Below, one piece after another: positions 17,890-27,433 of a DNA stretch of 64,000 nt. Location of the stretch: the NCBI GenBank assembly GCA_037441705.1, contig JBBIRR010000013.1, forward strand, positions 1 through 64,000, written 5' to 3'. The notes under the pieces were generated by a model. That model saw nothing but the letters and a program-made list of their open reading frames with translations. It made no database searches and had not been told where the DNA came from. A program made the translations under genes and the position numbers. Source of the DNA: Ignavibacteriales bacterium (lineage in GTDB: Bacteria > Bacteroidota > Ignavibacteria > UBA10030 > UBA6906). The stretch's first letter is position 1; the number at the start of each line of letters is the position of its first letter.

Positions 17890-18597
17890 ATGCAAACTTC
17901 TGCACTTGTCGCCGCGCTGCTTCTCGCAGCCATCCATTCTGCCGCAGCACAAACACCTGGACCTGAACCCCCCAAGCGCACGGTGACCGTCCGAGGAGAA
18001 GGCAAGGCCACCGCCGCGCCCGACCAGGTGCGGCTAACCTTGCAGGTGAATGTACGCGGCGAAACGGCCACCGAAGCCATGCGCTCGGCAAGCAGCAAGA
18101 CGCAAGCCGTTCTCGCTCTGCTCAAGAGCTTTGGTGTTGAAGAGAAAAACATCCAGACTTCGCGCGTCACCGTTACGCCGATTCTGGATTACTCGCGCCA
18201 GATTCAGCCGCCGCCCATTGTCGGCTACACGTCCTCCAACGATTTCACCGTCGTGTTCAGAGGAACGCAGATGGATCGAGTGGGTGAGTTCATGGACCGA
18301 GCGGTGACGGCCGGGGCAACCAGCTTCGGCAGTCTGCAGTTCGAGAACTCGAAGCAGCGAGAGCTGGAACGTGAAGCGCTCGGCAAGGCCGCGGCCGATG
18401 CCCGCGCCCGCGCTCAACAGCTCGCCCGGGAACTCGGCGCAAACCTCGGTCCGGTCATCAGCATTGCCGAAACTGTTGCGGGACGTCCCGGTCCTGTTCT
18501 GATGCGTTCCATGGCCGAAGGCACAACCGCCGCTCCGGTGATGACCGGAGAGCTGAGTATCATTGCGAACGTCGATGTCGTCTTCGAGCTGAAATAG
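17890..18597 (+). CDS. SIMPL/DUF541 (YggE-like) periplasmic protein
   Basis: Signal peptide. TVTVRGEGKATAAPD, AAADARARAQQLA and C-terminal VDVVFEL. Confidence 0.88.
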   Translation: MQTSALVAALLLAAIHSAAAQTPGPEPPKRTVTVRGEGKATAAPDQVRLTLQVNVRGETATEAMRSASSKTQAVLALLKSFGVEEKNIQTSRVTVTPILDYSRQIQPPPIVGYTSSNDFTVVFRGTQMDRVGEFMDRAVTAGATSFGSLQFENSKQRELEREALGKAAADARARAQQLARELGANLGPVISIAETVAGRPGPVLMRSMAEGTTAAPVMTGELSIIANVDVVFELK

Positions 18598-18621
18598 ATA
18601 ATGCTGCAGTGATAGGAAACG

Positions 18622-21600
18622 ATGTTCAAAGAACTCACAGAAAAACTCTCGTACCCCGAGCTGGAAAAGGAAATCCTGAAGTTCTGGAAAGAGCACAGGA
18701 TTTTCGAGAAGAGCATCAGCACGCGCGAAGGGAAACCGGGCTTCACCTTCTATGAAGGCCCGCCGACTGCCAACGGGCGCCCCGGCATTCACCACGTGAT
18801 GAGCCGAACGTTGAAGGATCTCGTGTGCCGGTATAAAACCATGCGCGGCTACCAGGTGCATCGCAAGGCCGGATGGGACACACACGGGCTTCCGGTCGAG
18901 ATCGAAGTCGAAAAGCAGCTCGGCTTCAAGCATAAGGATGAGATCGTTGACTTTGGTGTCGAAAAGTTCAATCGCCTGTGCAAAGAGTCGGTGTGGAAAT
19001 ACAAAGCCGACTGGGAACAGATGACCGAGCAGATGGGCTACTGGGTGGATCTCTCACGGCCCTATATCACGTTCGAGAACGAGTACATCGAATCCATCTG
19101 GTGGGCGCTCAAGCGCTTCTACGACGATGGCATGATGTACAAAGGCTATAAGATTCAGCCGTACTGTCCGCGCTGCGAAACGCCTCTCTCGTCGCACGAA
19201 GTCTCCCTCGGCTACGACGACGTGAAGGACCCGAGCGTGTACGTGAAGATGCGCCTGAAGTCCCAGCCCCATACGTCCTTCTTGGTGTGGACGACGACGC
19301 CATGGACTCTCATCTCCAACGTTGCGCTCGCTGTTCACCCGGACGTGAAGTATGTGAGGGTGGAGCATAAAGGCGAGAAGCTGATACTTGCCGAAGCAAG
19401 ACTGGGCGTCCTTGATGGTGAATACCGCCTTCTGGAAAGCATGACAGGAACGCAGCTTGCCGGACTGGAGTACGAACGGCTGTTCTCGTATCATGATGTC
19501 GAGCGGAAAGCGTTCTTTGTCGTTGCAGCCACCTTCGTTACCACGGAAGACGGCACCGGCATCGTCCACATGGCGCCCGCGTACGGCGAGGACGACTACC
19601 AGACTGCCCTCAAGTACAATCTGCCGACGATTCACCCGGTGAACCGCAGCGGTGAGTTCGGCGCGGAGGTAACGGACTTTGCCGGCAAGTTCGTCAAGGA
19701 CGCCGATCCGCTCATCATTCAGAATCTGAAAGACCGGAAACTTCTTTACAAAAAGGAGACGATCACGCACAGCTATCCGCACTGCTGGCGCTGCGACACA
19801 CCCCTTCTCTATTATGCGCGCGAGTCGTGGTACATCAGCACAACGAAGTACGCCTCCAGAATGATCGAGCTGAACAAACAGATCAACTGGGTGCCGCCCG
19901 AAGTGGGCGAAGGACGATTCGGAAACTGGCTCGAGGAGAACAAGGACTGGGCGCTGTCGCGTGACCGTTTCTGGGGAACGCCGCTGCCCATCTGGATCTG
20001 CGACACATGCAAGAAGCAGAAGTGCATCGGCAGTATCGCCGAACTGAAGCAAGGGCAGCATGTACGCGAGCCGCTGGATTTGCACAAGCCGTTCGTGGAT
20101 GAGATTACCTTCGCATGCAGCTGCGGCGGGACAATGCGCCGAACGCCCGAACTGATTGACGTGTGGTTCGACTCGGGCGCCATGTCGTTCGCCCAGTGGC
20201 ACTACCCGTTTGAGAACAAAGAGCTGATCGACTCCGGCGAGCAGTATCCGGCGGATTTTATTTGTGAAGGGATCGACCAGACACGCGGGTGGTTCTACTC
20301 CCTGCACGCCATCGGCACGTATCTGTTCAACAAGCCGGCCTACAAAAATGTGATGGTGAACGAGCTGATCCTCGACAAGGAGGGTCAGAAGATGTCCAAG
20401 TCGCGCGGCAATACGGTCGATCCGTTTGCAACGCTCGCGCGGTACGGTGCGGATACCACACGATGGTATCTCGTCACCACCAGCCCGCCCTGGCGGCCGA
20501 CGATGTTCGATGAAGACGGCCTGGTGGAAGTCCAGCGCAAGTTCTTCGGCACACTGGTCAACACCTACGCGTTCTTTGCTCTGTACGCCAACGTGGACGG
20601 GTTCACCTACAGCGAGCCGCGTGTGCCCGTGCATGAGCGGCCCGAAATCGACCGCTGGATTCTTTCGGTGCTGAACTCGCTCATCAAAGAATACCTTGAG
20701 CTGATGGATGCATACGACGTGACCAAAGCGGCCAAACGCGTAAGTGCTTTCACTATCGATCAGCTTTCCAACTGGTATGTTCGCCGGAACCGCCGCCGGT
20801 TCTGGAAAAGCGAAAAGGGAAAGGACAAGACGGCGGCGTACCAGACGTTGTACGAATGTTTGATCGCCGTGGCGAAGCTATCGGCTCCGTTCGCGCCGTT
20901 TCTTGCCGAAGAGCTTTACCGTAACCTCAACAGCGTCACGCGCCGAGAACAGCACGAGTCGGTTCACCTGGCCATGATGCCTGACGTCGAAGACGTGATT
21001 GATGCGGCGCTGGAACGACGGATGGAACGCGCCGAGCGAATTGTGGAGCTTGTCCGGGCCATCCGTATGAAGGCAAATCTCAAAGTCCGCCAGCCCCTCC
21101 GGCGCATCATCATCCCGATTGCCGCCGAGGAGGAACGCAGCGAGATTCTGCAAATGCAGGAGATTATCTGCGACGAGATCAATGTGAAGCGGATTGAATT
21201 CGTCACCGACGATTCGGGCATCGTCAAGAAGCGCGCGAAGGCAAACTTCAAATCGATCGGCCCGAAGTTCGGCAAGTCCGTCAAGCAGATCGCCGAGCGC
21301 ATCAAGGACATGAAGGACGCCGAGATCGCCGAGCTGGAACGCAACGGTTGGTACGAGTTGCCGGCAAACGGCTCCACCTACAGGATCGGAACCGAAGATG
21401 TGGAGATCGTGCGGGAAGACATCAAAGGCTGGCTCGTCGAATCCGACGGCAAGCTCACCGTTGCACTCGATACTGAACTGACCGACGATCTGATTGACGA
21501 GGGGTTTGCACGCGAGTTCGTCAATCGCATTCAGAACATGCGCAAAGACGCAGGATTCGACGTCACGGACAGGATCGCTATCTCCTATCGTGCTTCCGGG

Positions 21601-21750
21601 CGACTTGCGCGTGCCCTGCAGAGGATGGGCGAATATATCAAGGCAGAGACTCTGGCCGTCGAGCTTATAGCGGAGTTCAAATCGGGAACAATCTCTTCCA
21701 CCGAGGAGATCAATGGGGAACCGGCGGACATAGCGATCGAACGCAGATAG
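18622..21750 (+). CDS. ileS: Isoleucine--tRNA ligase (type 2)
   Basis: YEGPPTANG, GIHH (HIGH variant), GWDTHGLPVE, WTTTPWTL, KMSKS and a type-2 C-terminus. Confidence 0.97.
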   Translation: MFKELTEKLSYPELEKEILKFWKEHRIFEKSISTREGKPGFTFYEGPPTANGRPGIHHVMSRTLKDLVCRYKTMRGYQVHRKAGWDTHGLPVEIEVEKQLGFKHKDEIVDFGVEKFNRLCKESVWKYKADWEQMTEQMGYWVDLSRPYITFENEYIESIWWALKRFYDDGMMYKGYKIQPYCPRCETPLSSHEVSLGYDDVKDPSVYVKMRLKSQPHTSFLVWTTTPWTLISNVALAVHPDVKYVRVEHKGEKLILAEARLGVLDGEYRLLESMTGTQLAGLEYERLFSYHDVERKAFFVVAATFVTTEDGTGIVHMAPAYGEDDYQTALKYNLPTIHPVNRSGEFGAEVTDFAGKFVKDADPLIIQNLKDRKLLYKKETITHSYPHCWRCDTPLLYYARESWYISTTKYASRMIELNKQINWVPPEVGEGRFGNWLEENKDWALSRDRFWGTPLPIWICDTCKKQKCIGSIAELKQGQHVREPLDLHKPFVDEITFACSCGGTMRRTPELIDVWFDSGAMSFAQWHYPFENKELIDSGEQYPADFICEGIDQTRGWFYSLHAIGTYLFNKPAYKNVMVNELILDKEGQKMSKSRGNTVDPFATLARYGADTTRWYLVTTSPPWRPTMFDEDGLVEVQRKFFGTLVNTYAFFALYANVDGFTYSEPRVPVHERPEIDRWILSVLNSLIKEYLELMDAYDVTKAAKRVSAFTIDQLSNWYVRRNRRRFWKSEKGKDKTAAYQTLYECLIAVAKLSAPFAPFLAEELYRNLNSVTRREQHESVHLAMMPDVEDVIDAALERRMERAERIVELVRAIRMKANLKVRQPLRRIIIPIAAEEERSEILQMQEIICDEINVKRIEFVTDDSGIVKKRAKANFKSIGPKFGKSVKQIAERIKDMKDAEIAELERNGWYELPANGSTYRIGTEDVEIVREDIKGWLVESDGKLTVALDTELTDDLIDEGFAREFVNRIQNMRKDAGFDVTDRIAISYRASGRLARALQRMGEYIKAETLAVELIAEFKSGTISSTEEINGEPADIAIERR

Positions 21751-21783
21751 CCTGCATCTACACTCATAAGGAGACCAACCTCA

Positions 21784-22326
21784 ATGGCGAAGAAAACCTC
21801 CAGGTCAACCGCAAAGTCAGCAGCGGCACGAGCCAGAAGCGGTCAGACGCGAAAGAAAGCGAAAGTGGCAGCGCGACCCGTTAAGAAAGCTCCTGCAGTG
21901 GCACTGGGTCCCAAGCGTTACAGCGAACGGGAACTGAAGCATTTCAAAGAGCTGATCTTAGAAAAGAAACGCGAGACGATGGAAGAATTGGAGACGCTGA
22001 AGGAAAGCATGATGGATGTGACAACGGGCGAATACGTAAGCGAAAGTTCGACGTACTCGATGCACATGGAGCAGGGGACCGACGCCATGGAGCGTGAGAA
22101 GACGTTCCTGTTCGCCTCGCGCGGCAGCAAGTTCCTCAACCAGCTCGATGATGCATTACAGCGAATTGAGAACGGCACCTACGGCATCTGTCGCGTGTGC
22201 CAGCTCCTCATTCCCAAGGAACGCCTTGAAGCGGTACCCACGGCGCAGACGTGCGCCGAGTACAAGAATACAGGCGTTCCCTGCGAGCGCGGACGCCTTG
22301 CCCTTGCCCGGATGAAGAAGCGGTGA
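21784..22326 (+). CDS. dksA: TraR/DksA family transcription factor
   Basis: K/A-rich N-terminal tail. ALQRIENGTYGICRVC...ERLEAVP. Sits between ileS and lspA. Confidence 0.85.
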   Translation: MAKKTSRSTAKSAAARARSGQTRKKAKVAARPVKKAPAVALGPKRYSERELKHFKELILEKKRETMEELETLKESMMDVTTGEYVSESSTYSMHMEQGTDAMEREKTFLFASRGSKFLNQLDDALQRIENGTYGICRVCQLLIPKERLEAVPTAQTCAEYKNTGVPCERGRLALARMKKR

Positions 22327-22336
22327 GGATTCGAGC

Positions 22337-22936
22337 TTGCGCGCACTCTGGATTACGGGTACGATCGTTGTCATCGATCAAATCTCGAAGATGTTGGTGA
22401 AGGGAATCAGCATTCCTTTTCTGGGACTGGAGATTCAAGGCATGCGCTACGGATCGAGCATCCCCATTCTTGGCGACTTCTTCCGTCTCACCTACATCGA
22501 GAACCCGGGTATGGCCTTCGGATTCGATCCGGGCGGGAAGCTGTTCTTCTCACTATTCTCCATCGCGCTCAGCATCGGCATCCTTTATTACCTGTACCAT
22601 GCGCGCAACGATCGGTGGGGACTGAAGGTTGCGCTTGCTCTTATTCTCGGCGGTGCCATCGGCAACATGATTGATCGAACGTTCTACAGCGTTATCTTTG
22701 AAGACGGACCATTGTTCCATGGCAAAGTGGTTGATTTCTTTGATGTCGATTTCTTCAACATCGAGCTCTTCGGTTATTCCCTCACGCGTTGGCCTGTCTT
22801 CAACGTCGCGGACGCTGCCGTCACCACCGGGATTATTCTGCTGTTGTTGGTGCAACATCGGCGTGGAACGAAAGACCTGCCGGCACCGGTTCCCCACCCT
22901 CAGGAACACTCACCGTCGGAACCTCCTCAGCAGTAA
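22337..22936 (+). CDS. lspA: Lipoprotein signal peptidase II
   Basis: DQISK, NPGMAFG, GGAIGNMIDR, VVDF and FNVAD. Confidence 0.95.
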   Translation: MRALWITGTIVVIDQISKMLVKGISIPFLGLEIQGMRYGSSIPILGDFFRLTYIENPGMAFGFDPGGKLFFSLFSIALSIGILYYLYHARNDRWGLKVALALILGGAIGNMIDRTFYSVIFEDGPLFHGKVVDFFDVDFFNIELFGYSLTRWPVFNVADAAVTTGIILLLLVQHRRGTKDLPAPVPHPQEHSPSEPPQQ

Positions 22937-22951
22937 GCCGCGCCTGAGCTG

Positions 22952-23914
22952 ATGCCGCATGATGTCGAGATCATAGTACCGCCGGGCAAGAAGAAGGAGC
23001 GGATCGACGTCTTTCTCACGCACCACATCGAAAACGCGACGCGTAACAAGGTTCAGCAGGCTATCGAACGCGGCTTGGTTCTGGTAGATGGAAAGAAGGT
23101 TCGATCAAGCCATCAGCTCACAGGCGGAGAAGTTATTCACGTCACGCTTCCTCGCCCCGCGCCGCTACGAGCACAGCCCGAGAACATCCCGCTCGACATT
23201 CTGTATGAAGATGACGACGTGTTAGTCGTCAACAAACCTGCCGGGATGGTTACGCATCCGGCGCACGGCAATTACACCGGGACATTGGTCAACGCTCTCC
23301 TCTACCACTGCAAGCAGCTCTCCGGCGTGAATACGGAATTACGTCCCGGGATTGTTCACCGACTGGACAAGGGTACATCCGGTTTGATGGTCATAGCAAA
23401 GACCGATACGTCTCACACGGTCCTCGCCCGGCAGTTTGCCGAGCGGACAATCGGTCGGGAGTATTGGGCGCTGGTCTGGGGGACGTTCAAAGAGACATCC
23501 GGAACAATAGAAGCGGAGCTTGGGAGAAGTAAGTCGGACAGAAAGAAAATTGCCGTCGTGCTCGGCGGCAAGCATGCCATCACCGAGTATGAAGTCATCG
23601 AGCGGTTTGCCTATCTCACGCTTGTGCGTCTCCGTCTCCGAACCGGCCGCACGCACCAGATACGTGTGCATCTCGCTCACATCAATCATCCCGTGTTCGG
23701 CGATCCTACCTATCACGGGCGCCGAATAGTCGCAGGCCCGGGCACGGTACAGCAGAAGGCAGAAGTGCATGCCCTCCTTCAGCTCATAAGCAGACAGGCA
23801 CTGCACGCCAAGACCCTTGAATTTACCCATCCGAAGACAGGAAAGCGCCTGTCGTTCGATTCGCCCTTACCTGCCGATATTTCGGCAGTTTTAGCGCATT
23901 TGCGGGGCAGCTAA
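22952..23914 (+). CDS. rluD: RluA/RluD family pseudouridine synthase
   Basis: S4 domain, NKPAGMVTHP, HRLDKGTSG and TGRTHQIRVH. Confidence 0.93.
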   Translation: MPHDVEIIVPPGKKKERIDVFLTHHIENATRNKVQQAIERGLVLVDGKKVRSSHQLTGGEVIHVTLPRPAPLRAQPENIPLDILYEDDDVLVVNKPAGMVTHPAHGNYTGTLVNALLYHCKQLSGVNTELRPGIVHRLDKGTSGLMVIAKTDTSHTVLARQFAERTIGREYWALVWGTFKETSGTIEAELGRSKSDRKKIAVVLGGKHAITEYEVIERFAYLTLVRLRLRTGRTHQIRVHLAHINHPVFGDPTYHGRRIVAGPGTVQQKAEVHALLQLISRQALHAKTLEFTHPKTGKRLSFDSPLPADISAVLAHLRGS

Positions 23915-24132
23915 GAAAGTTACCTTTCTGTGTTGCCTATCACCTACTTGTACCTCTGCTTTTTGTTTTTTATGTTAGTCGTAAAATTCAGCGGAGATTC
24001 TACGCTCAACCTCCGAGATAAGCTCTGGGAACCGCACGTCGAAATCCATCCCCCAAAAGGGAATCGGTTCCAAGCTCCGAAGGTCGGCTATACCACACGT
24101 TCAGATTCCTGTTAGAAGCTTAACCCCACACT

Positions 24133-25050
24133 ATGAGAAGAATTGCGGTCGCGACGGGCATCAGTCTCCTCGCGATGAGCGCAGGTAGCAATGCAGTGTT
24201 TGCCCAATCGCAACTTGAATTGGCAGTCCAACAGTTCCGCTCCAGCGAAGTAGTCGGATACATCCAGCCGCTGGGGGACCTGTTTGGCGCCAACATGAAT
24301 GCCGGCCTGTATCACTCGGCGGCCATCCCGAGGGACGGCTTTCACATTCGCATCGACGTTGTCGGAGCCATCTCGCTCATAGGCGAGCAACACAAAGTGT
24401 ATGATGCAACTCTTCCGGAAGGATTCGTTCCCCGGGGCGGATCATACCAAACAGCAACGGTGTTCGGCGGACGGGGAACGACGTTCAAGGACGCCAATAG
24501 CGGACTGGAGTATAAGGGATCGGATGGAATTGTGAGACTGTCTGCATTTCCCTTACTCGTTCCCCAACTCACCATCGGAAGTTTGTTCGGAACCGAGGCT
24601 ACATTCCGGTTCATGAAAACTCCCCAGCTTTCACAACAGTGGTTCCCGACAAAGTCTACTCTCCTTGGCGTTGGCGTCCGGCATAGCATCAGTCAGTACA
24701 TCCGTAACGCCGCAGTGGATGTTTCCATCGGTGCATTCTACTCAACATTCACGCTCGGCGATATCATCGACTTCACAGCCCGGGCAGTGAACGTGAGCAT
24801 TAGTAAGACGGTTTCCCTTTTCACACCGTATGTAGGCCTTGGGTACGAACGAAGCACAATGCACCTTCACTACGACTTCAAGGGCGAAGGGGGCCAGTAT
24901 CCAAGACTCGTGGATGTTGTGATTGAAGGCGCAAACCGGTTCCGGGTTACCGGTGGCTTTATGATTGATCTTCAAGCAGTGCACCTGTTCGCCGACGCAA
25001 ACTTCGGGAATGTGCATCATTATTCAGGCGGATTCGGATTCGGGTTTTAG
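24133..25050 (+). CDS. Putative outer-membrane beta-barrel protein (DUF6588-like), copy 1
   Basis: Signal peptide, alternating beta-strand pattern and C-terminal GFGFGF. Paralog of 25844..26746. Family name from memory only. Confidence 0.75.
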   Translation: MRRIAVATGISLLAMSAGSNAVFAQSQLELAVQQFRSSEVVGYIQPLGDLFGANMNAGLYHSAAIPRDGFHIRIDVVGAISLIGEQHKVYDATLPEGFVPRGGSYQTATVFGGRGTTFKDANSGLEYKGSDGIVRLSAFPLLVPQLTIGSLFGTEATFRFMKTPQLSQQWFPTKSTLLGVGVRHSISQYIRNAAVDVSIGAFYSTFTLGDIIDFTARAVNVSISKTVSLFTPYVGLGYERSTMHLHYDFKGEGGQYPRLVDVVIEGANRFRVTGGFMIDLQAVHLFADANFGNVHHYSGGFGFGF

Positions 25051-25089
25051 GTCGATTTGTAGCAATGATTGCGTGAAAGGACACTCCCC

Positions 25090-25644
25090 ATGAAGTGGAG
25101 CAGCATGGTTGCCGCAGCCCTTCTTTCCCTCTCGACGCTCGGTTCATCTTGCGTGAACGAAGGGGCCACCATTTCTATCAATCTGAAGCCCATCATCGGG
25201 CGATACAGAGTGGGCACATCGACCACGTTCGGCGGTCTCATCACCGTAAAGCTCGATAGCCTCGTGGACGCAGAGTATAAGACCAAGATTCGCCAGGGGC
25301 GTGTGTACGATCTCCGCGTGCGGGTTGAGGGGGATTACCCGGGTTCCGTCTCGGGTTTTGCAGCCGTGCGGATACGGGATGGCCAGATAAAGCAGATCAT
25401 CCGATTCCCTCGCGATGGTACCGTGGCCTGGTCGTCATTCCACACAACACAGTCACTTCTTGCGAAATCGCCGTACTTGGTGCCCGAACCGGAAGGAATC
25501 AATGAGTTACTTTCAGCACTCACCCAAACGCCTCTCCCGGACGTCTCGGTCTTGTCCTTCGGGACATTAAGTATTGCTCCTGTGCCTGCTAATTTGTATG
25601 TTATCGTCGAGGTTTATCTGCAGGCTGACGCTGAGTTAAACTAA
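25090..25644 (+). CDS. Putative lipoprotein, copy 1
   Basis: MKWSSMVAAALLSLSTLGSS-C lipoprotein-type signal. Paralog of 26798..27316. Confidence 0.75.
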   Translation: MKWSSMVAAALLSLSTLGSSCVNEGATISINLKPIIGRYRVGTSTTFGGLITVKLDSLVDAEYKTKIRQGRVYDLRVRVEGDYPGSVSGFAAVRIRDGQIKQIIRFPRDGTVAWSSFHTTQSLLAKSPYLVPEPEGINELLSALTQTPLPDVSVLSFGTLSIAPVPANLYVIVEVYLQADAELN

Positions 25645-25843
25645 ATCTCCCCTTACCAGACGGCATCGTTTACGTGCCCGGGGGTAAACCGCGATTCGGT
25701 TCTTGTCAAGACATCTTTCGGGGGAGGGCGTCCTTTCTCCGCTTCGTTTCTTTCTCGGGGGCATTCACGTCTGAGATTTGCAACGTGTTGTTCTGATCTT
25801 CAACCTGACTCATCACCCTTATCAACAAAAAAGGAGAGTACAT

Positions 25844-26746
25844 ATGCTGTTGCTACACACGGTGGCAAAGAAACGCTTGCTGGCAGGATTCGTTCTTCTT
25901 CCTCTGCTCGTCGGTTCAGGACGCGCGCAGTCGGATCTGGAGAAGATCATTCGTCAGCAAGATGCCGAGAACGTGAAGGGCTACGTTCAACCCATTGCGG
26001 ACCTCTTCGGCGCGAATATGAATGCGGGCTTCATTCGCAATGCGCGGATCCCCGAAACCGGATTCAACATCCGCTTCGACATCATCGGAATGGTCGGCCT
26101 CGTGAGTTCCGATCAGGAAACCTACATGGCGCAAGACCCGTGGGGAGGGAAGTTCCAGACGGCAACGATCTTTGGCAAGAAAGGCGGCTCAAGTCCGAAC
26201 CCTCTTGCACCGACGGATACCACGCAGGCCTTCCGCGGCTCCGACGGCCTCTTCAGCACCAGCATTTTCCCGTTTGCAACGCCACAACTCACCATCGGTC
26301 ACATCTTCGGGACGGAAGCAAGCATCCGGTACGTTCCCATTCCGGAAATCAGCAAGCTTCCCAAGATCACGCTCTTCGGCATCGGCGTGCGTCACAGTAT
26401 CAGTCAGTACTTTGATGCTTTTCCTGTGGATCTCGCAGCCGGCTTCCTTTACAATAGCTTCACTGTCGGCGATATCATTTCTGTCAAAGGATACGGCTTC
26501 ACGCTGCAAGGAAGCAAGGAACTCACCATCCTTGTTCTCTACGGAGGAGTTCAGTTCGAGAAATCCACGCTGACGCTTACCTACACTTCCACGGTCAGCG
26601 GCAACGTGAATGTGGAATTGGAGGGCTCCAACGTTGTGCGTGGCGTTGTTGGTGCAGGCTTGAATCTTGGCTTCCTCAAGATTTTCGCCGATGCAAACTT
26701 TGGTGCCATCACCAGCTTTTCGGGCGGCATCGGTTTTGGATTCTGA
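25844..26746 (+). CDS. Putative outer-membrane beta-barrel protein (DUF6588-like), copy 2
   Basis: SD AAGGAG then ATG 25844. Shares DLFGANMNAG, PQLTIG, GVRHSISQY and FADANFG with copy 1. Ends GIGFGF. Confidence 0.78.
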   Translation: MLLLHTVAKKRLLAGFVLLPLLVGSGRAQSDLEKIIRQQDAENVKGYVQPIADLFGANMNAGFIRNARIPETGFNIRFDIIGMVGLVSSDQETYMAQDPWGGKFQTATIFGKKGGSSPNPLAPTDTTQAFRGSDGLFSTSIFPFATPQLTIGHIFGTEASIRYVPIPEISKLPKITLFGIGVRHSISQYFDAFPVDLAAGFLYNSFTVGDIISVKGYGFTLQGSKELTILVLYGGVQFEKSTLTLTYTSTVSGNVNVELEGSNVVRGVVGAGLNLGFLKIFADANFGAITSFSGGIGFGF

Positions 26747-26797
26747 CATCGATCGAGTCTTTTTATCAATCCCATACTAAACCTTAAGGAGTATGTC

Positions 26798-27316
26798 ATG
26801 AAAGTGAAGCTTGTGTTGGGTTTACTTGTCGTCGCGCTTACCACCATGGGATTTGATTGCGTGAATGACAACGCATTGATTTCGGTGAACATCCCCGGCT
26901 TAACCGGGACCTTCCGCATCAATCCCGGTGGTACCTCATTTGACGAGACCGTGACCGTTCATTCTTCTGACTACCTGGACATCGGGTTCGAGGACTACAA
27001 CCTGAATTCTCTGCGCGTGTACGATATCCGCGTCAGCACCATCGGATCGTTCGCCGGGAACGTCACCGGCCAGGTTCTGATCAACGGGCAACAACTGCTT
27101 TCCTATAACGGACCATGGAACAGTTTTAACACACCCCAATCGCTTGTCACATCAACGCTCATTACGCGCAACGCCGGCGGCGTCGCAGCGCTTCTCTCTG
27201 CAATCAGGAACAAGCAAGATGTGGCGATACGCGGTTTTGGAACCGTCTCGCAAACCGTTCCCAGCGGTCTTGCCGTGCAGGTAGAAATACTTGCCCAGGT
27301 TGATGCGGCGCTGTAG
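26798..27316 (+). CDS. Putative lipoprotein, copy 2
   Basis: SD AAGGAG. MKVKLVLGLLVVALTTMGFD-C. Shares CVN, RVYD.RV and W.SF.T.QSL with copy 1. Confidence 0.78.
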   Translation: MKVKLVLGLLVVALTTMGFDCVNDNALISVNIPGLTGTFRINPGGTSFDETVTVHSSDYLDIGFEDYNLNSLRVYDIRVSTIGSFAGNVTGQVLINGQQLLSYNGPWNSFNTPQSLVTSTLITRNAGGVAALLSAIRNKQDVAIRGFGTVSQTVPSGLAVQVEILAQVDAAL

Positions 27317-27338
27317 AAGGTCCTCGCGCCACAAATGT

Positions 27339-27370
27339 GAAGCCTCCGGCTGCGTCACCGGAGGCTTTTC
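27339..27370 (+). terminator. Rho-independent terminator
   Basis: AAGCCTCCGG-loop-CCGGAGGCTT stem followed by TTTTC. Confidence 0.75.
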
Positions 27371-27433
27371 TGTTCGAATGGCGACGGCAGCAATTGTTGA
27401 ATCCCTCAGGCATCTTTTGTAGATTGCCCGTGC

